From assembly GCA_963737265.1 (NCBI GenBank), contig CAVTRY010000011.1, forward strand, positions 1,152,001-1,216,000: a stretch of DNA of 64,000 nucleotides, read 5' to 3'. The notes beneath the pieces are model-generated. The model was given only the letters and a program-made list of their open reading frames with translations. It did not search any database and had not been told where the DNA came from. This DNA comes from an uncultured delta proteobacterium. Lineage in GTDB: Bacteria > Myxococcota_A > Polyangia > Fen-1088. Position numbers and translations under genes: made by a program. Below, one piece after another: positions 62,321 to 64,000 of this stretch; the stretch's first letter is position 1, and every line of letters begins with the position of its first letter.

Positions 62321-63790
62321 CTACTGTTCCACGCGGTAGTTGGGGGCTTCCTTGGTGATGATGACGTCGTGGACGTGCGATTCGCGCAGGCCGGGCGTGG
62401 TGATCTTGATGAAGCGCGTTTTGGTGCGCATTTCGTCCAGGTTCTTGCATCCGCAATAGCCCATACCGGAACGCAGGCCACCGATGAGCTGGTAGATCGA
62501 CTGCGACAGGCTGCCACGGTAGGGAACGCGGCCCTCGATGCCCTCGGGCACCAGTTTGGCTTCGGTCGTGACTTCGGACTGAAAGTAGCGATCCTTGCTG
62601 CCCGCGCGCATGGCGCCGACCGATCCCATGCCGCGGTAGAGTTTGTAGCTGCGGCCTTGATAAAGGATGATCTCGCCCGGCGCCTCGTCGGTACCGGCGA
62701 AGAGGCTGCCGATCATCACCGTGTGGGCGCCGGCGGCGATGGCCTTGACCATGTCGCCGGAATACTTGATGCCGCCGTCGGAAACGATGCGCACGTCGGT
62801 CTTGGCCAGGGCGCGCGCGCAATCCGAAACCGCGGTCACCTGGGGCACGCCGATGCCGGCGACCACGCGCGTGGTGCAGATCGATCCCGGTCCCATGCCG
62901 ACCTTGATGGCGTCCGCGCCTGCCTTGGCCAACGCCAGCGCGCCCTCGGCAGTCGCGACGTTGCCGGCGATGATCTGCGCCTTGGGAAAGGTCTTGCGAA
63001 TATCGGCGACGGCTTCCTGAACGGCTTTCGCGTGACCGTGGGCTGTGTCGACACAGATGACGTCGCATCCCGCGTGCAGCAAACCCGACACGCGCAGCTG
63101 GAGATCCGCCCCCGTGCCGACCGCGGCGCCCACGCGCAACCGCCCCAAATCGTCCTTGGCGGCGTGCGGGTGCTGCTGCGCTTTCTCGATATCCTTGATG
63201 GTGATGAGCCCGTGCAGCTTGCCGCTGCTGTCGACGACGAGGAGCTTCTCGATGCGGTTCTTGTGCAAAAGCTCCTTCGATCCCTCGAGGCTCATGCCCT
63301 CCGGCGCAGTGATGAGGTTCGTCGTCATCACGTCGCGCACCGGCTGATCGAGGTTGCGTTCGAAACGGACGTCGCGGTTGGTGAGAATGCCCACCGGTTT
63401 GCCGTCGCGAGCTACGACGGGCAGGCCCGAGATGTTGTGCCGCCGCATCAGCTCGAGTGCCGTGAAAAGCTTCTGATCGGGATCGATGGTGACGGGATCG
63501 ATGACCACGCCCGTCTCGGCCTTCTTCACCTTGGTGACTTCAAGAACCTGCTCGTCGACCGTCATGTTCTTGTGGATGACGCCAAGCCCGCCCTCGCGCG
63601 CCATGCAAATGGCCGTGGGAGCTTCGGTCACGGTATCCATCGCCGACGAAAGAATCGGCATGGCCAGGGTGATGGTCGCGGTCAGGTGCGAACGAACATC
63701 GACGTCCTTCGGCAGAACCTCGCTTTCCGCAGGCACAAGCAGGACATCGTCGAACGTGAGAGCTTCGCGCAAAGGACCGTCAGGCAGCAT
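62321..63790 (-). CDS. guaB: IMP dehydrogenase
   Basis: [11 protein letters not shown] pair, [22 protein letters not shown]. Confidence 0.97.
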   Translation of the reverse strand: MLPDGPLREALTFDDVLLVPAESEVLPKDVDVRSHLTATITLAMPILSSAMDTVTEAPTAICMAREGGLGVIHKNMTVDEQVLEVTKVKKAETGVVIDPVTIDPDQKLFTALELMRRHNISGLPVVARDGKPVGILTNRDVRFERNLDQPVRDVMTTNLITAPEGMSLEGSKELLHKNRIEKLLVVDSSGKLHGLITIKDIEKAQQHPHAAKDDLGRLRVGAAVGTGADLQLRVSGLLHAGCDVICVDTAHGHAKAVQEAVADIRKTFPKAQIIAGNVATAEGALALAKAGADAIKVGMGPGSICTTRVVAGIGVPQVTAVSDCARALAKTDVRIVSDGGIKYSGDMVKAIAAGAHTVMIGSLFAGTDEAPGEIILYQGRSYKLYRGMGSVGAMRAGSKDRYFQSEVTTEAKLVPEGIEGRVPYRGSLSQSIYQLIGGLRSGMGYCGCKNLDEMRTKTRFIKITTPGLRESHVHDVIITKEAPNYRVEQ

Positions 63791-63871
63791 CTCGGGAGAC
63801 TATACATTTGCCGTGCACCCTTCAAGAGATTCGCGCACGAATCCCGTGGCAACGCGCGCAAGCGGGCTCGC

Positions 63872-64000
63872 TTAGCGCGGCTTCTTGGCCAATCGACGGA
63901 CCAACTCTTCGAGTCCAACCATCTGAATGTCCAAGGTACCGATGCGTTTCGCCATCGGCCTGTCAATATCGGTCGCGACCAGCAGGCTTTCTCCGTCGGG
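63872..64000 (-). CDS. 3' end of a gene running off the window
   Basis: Open frame ..[31 protein letters not shown]. Confidence 0.45.
   Translation of the reverse strand, partial: PDGESLLVATDIDRPMAKRIGTLDIQMVGLEELVRRLAKKPR

Overview
GC-rich bacterial window; gene content suggests Myxococcota/Polyangia (inference). Housekeeping and envelope genes lie on both flanks: two-component kinases, tsaE, a porin and topB on the left; tex, hemY, trmH, guaA and guaB on the right. Between them is a ~34 kb chromosomal integron (13.1-47.7 kb). Its intI is 5'-truncated, nonsense-mutated and co-oriented with the array. About 14 full, split or half attC sites delimit cassettes (three toxin-antitoxin pairs, a HEPN remnant, GNAT, NIPSNAP, a lipoprotein, a PadR/DUF1048/serine-hydrolase unit and an apparently ORF-less cassette). 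Several element types sit in or at the attC sites: an IS110/IS1111-type element (three traces), a group IIC intron (two traces), a tyrosine-recombinase + IS91-like element (two traces) and ISAzo13. A nested stack of RIT, IS21, a Mu-like element and ISL3 is also present. The most striking signal is in the IS110 non-coding end: two tandem ~108-nt stem/internal-loop modules whose loop strands spell two different attC-like targets, a candidate multi-guide bridge/seek RNA. The IIC intron sits on the attC top strand with a matching EBS1, opposite to described IIC-attC introns. Several single-base frameshifts may be sequencing errors. All calls come from reading the sequence by eye; no searches or folding programs were run.
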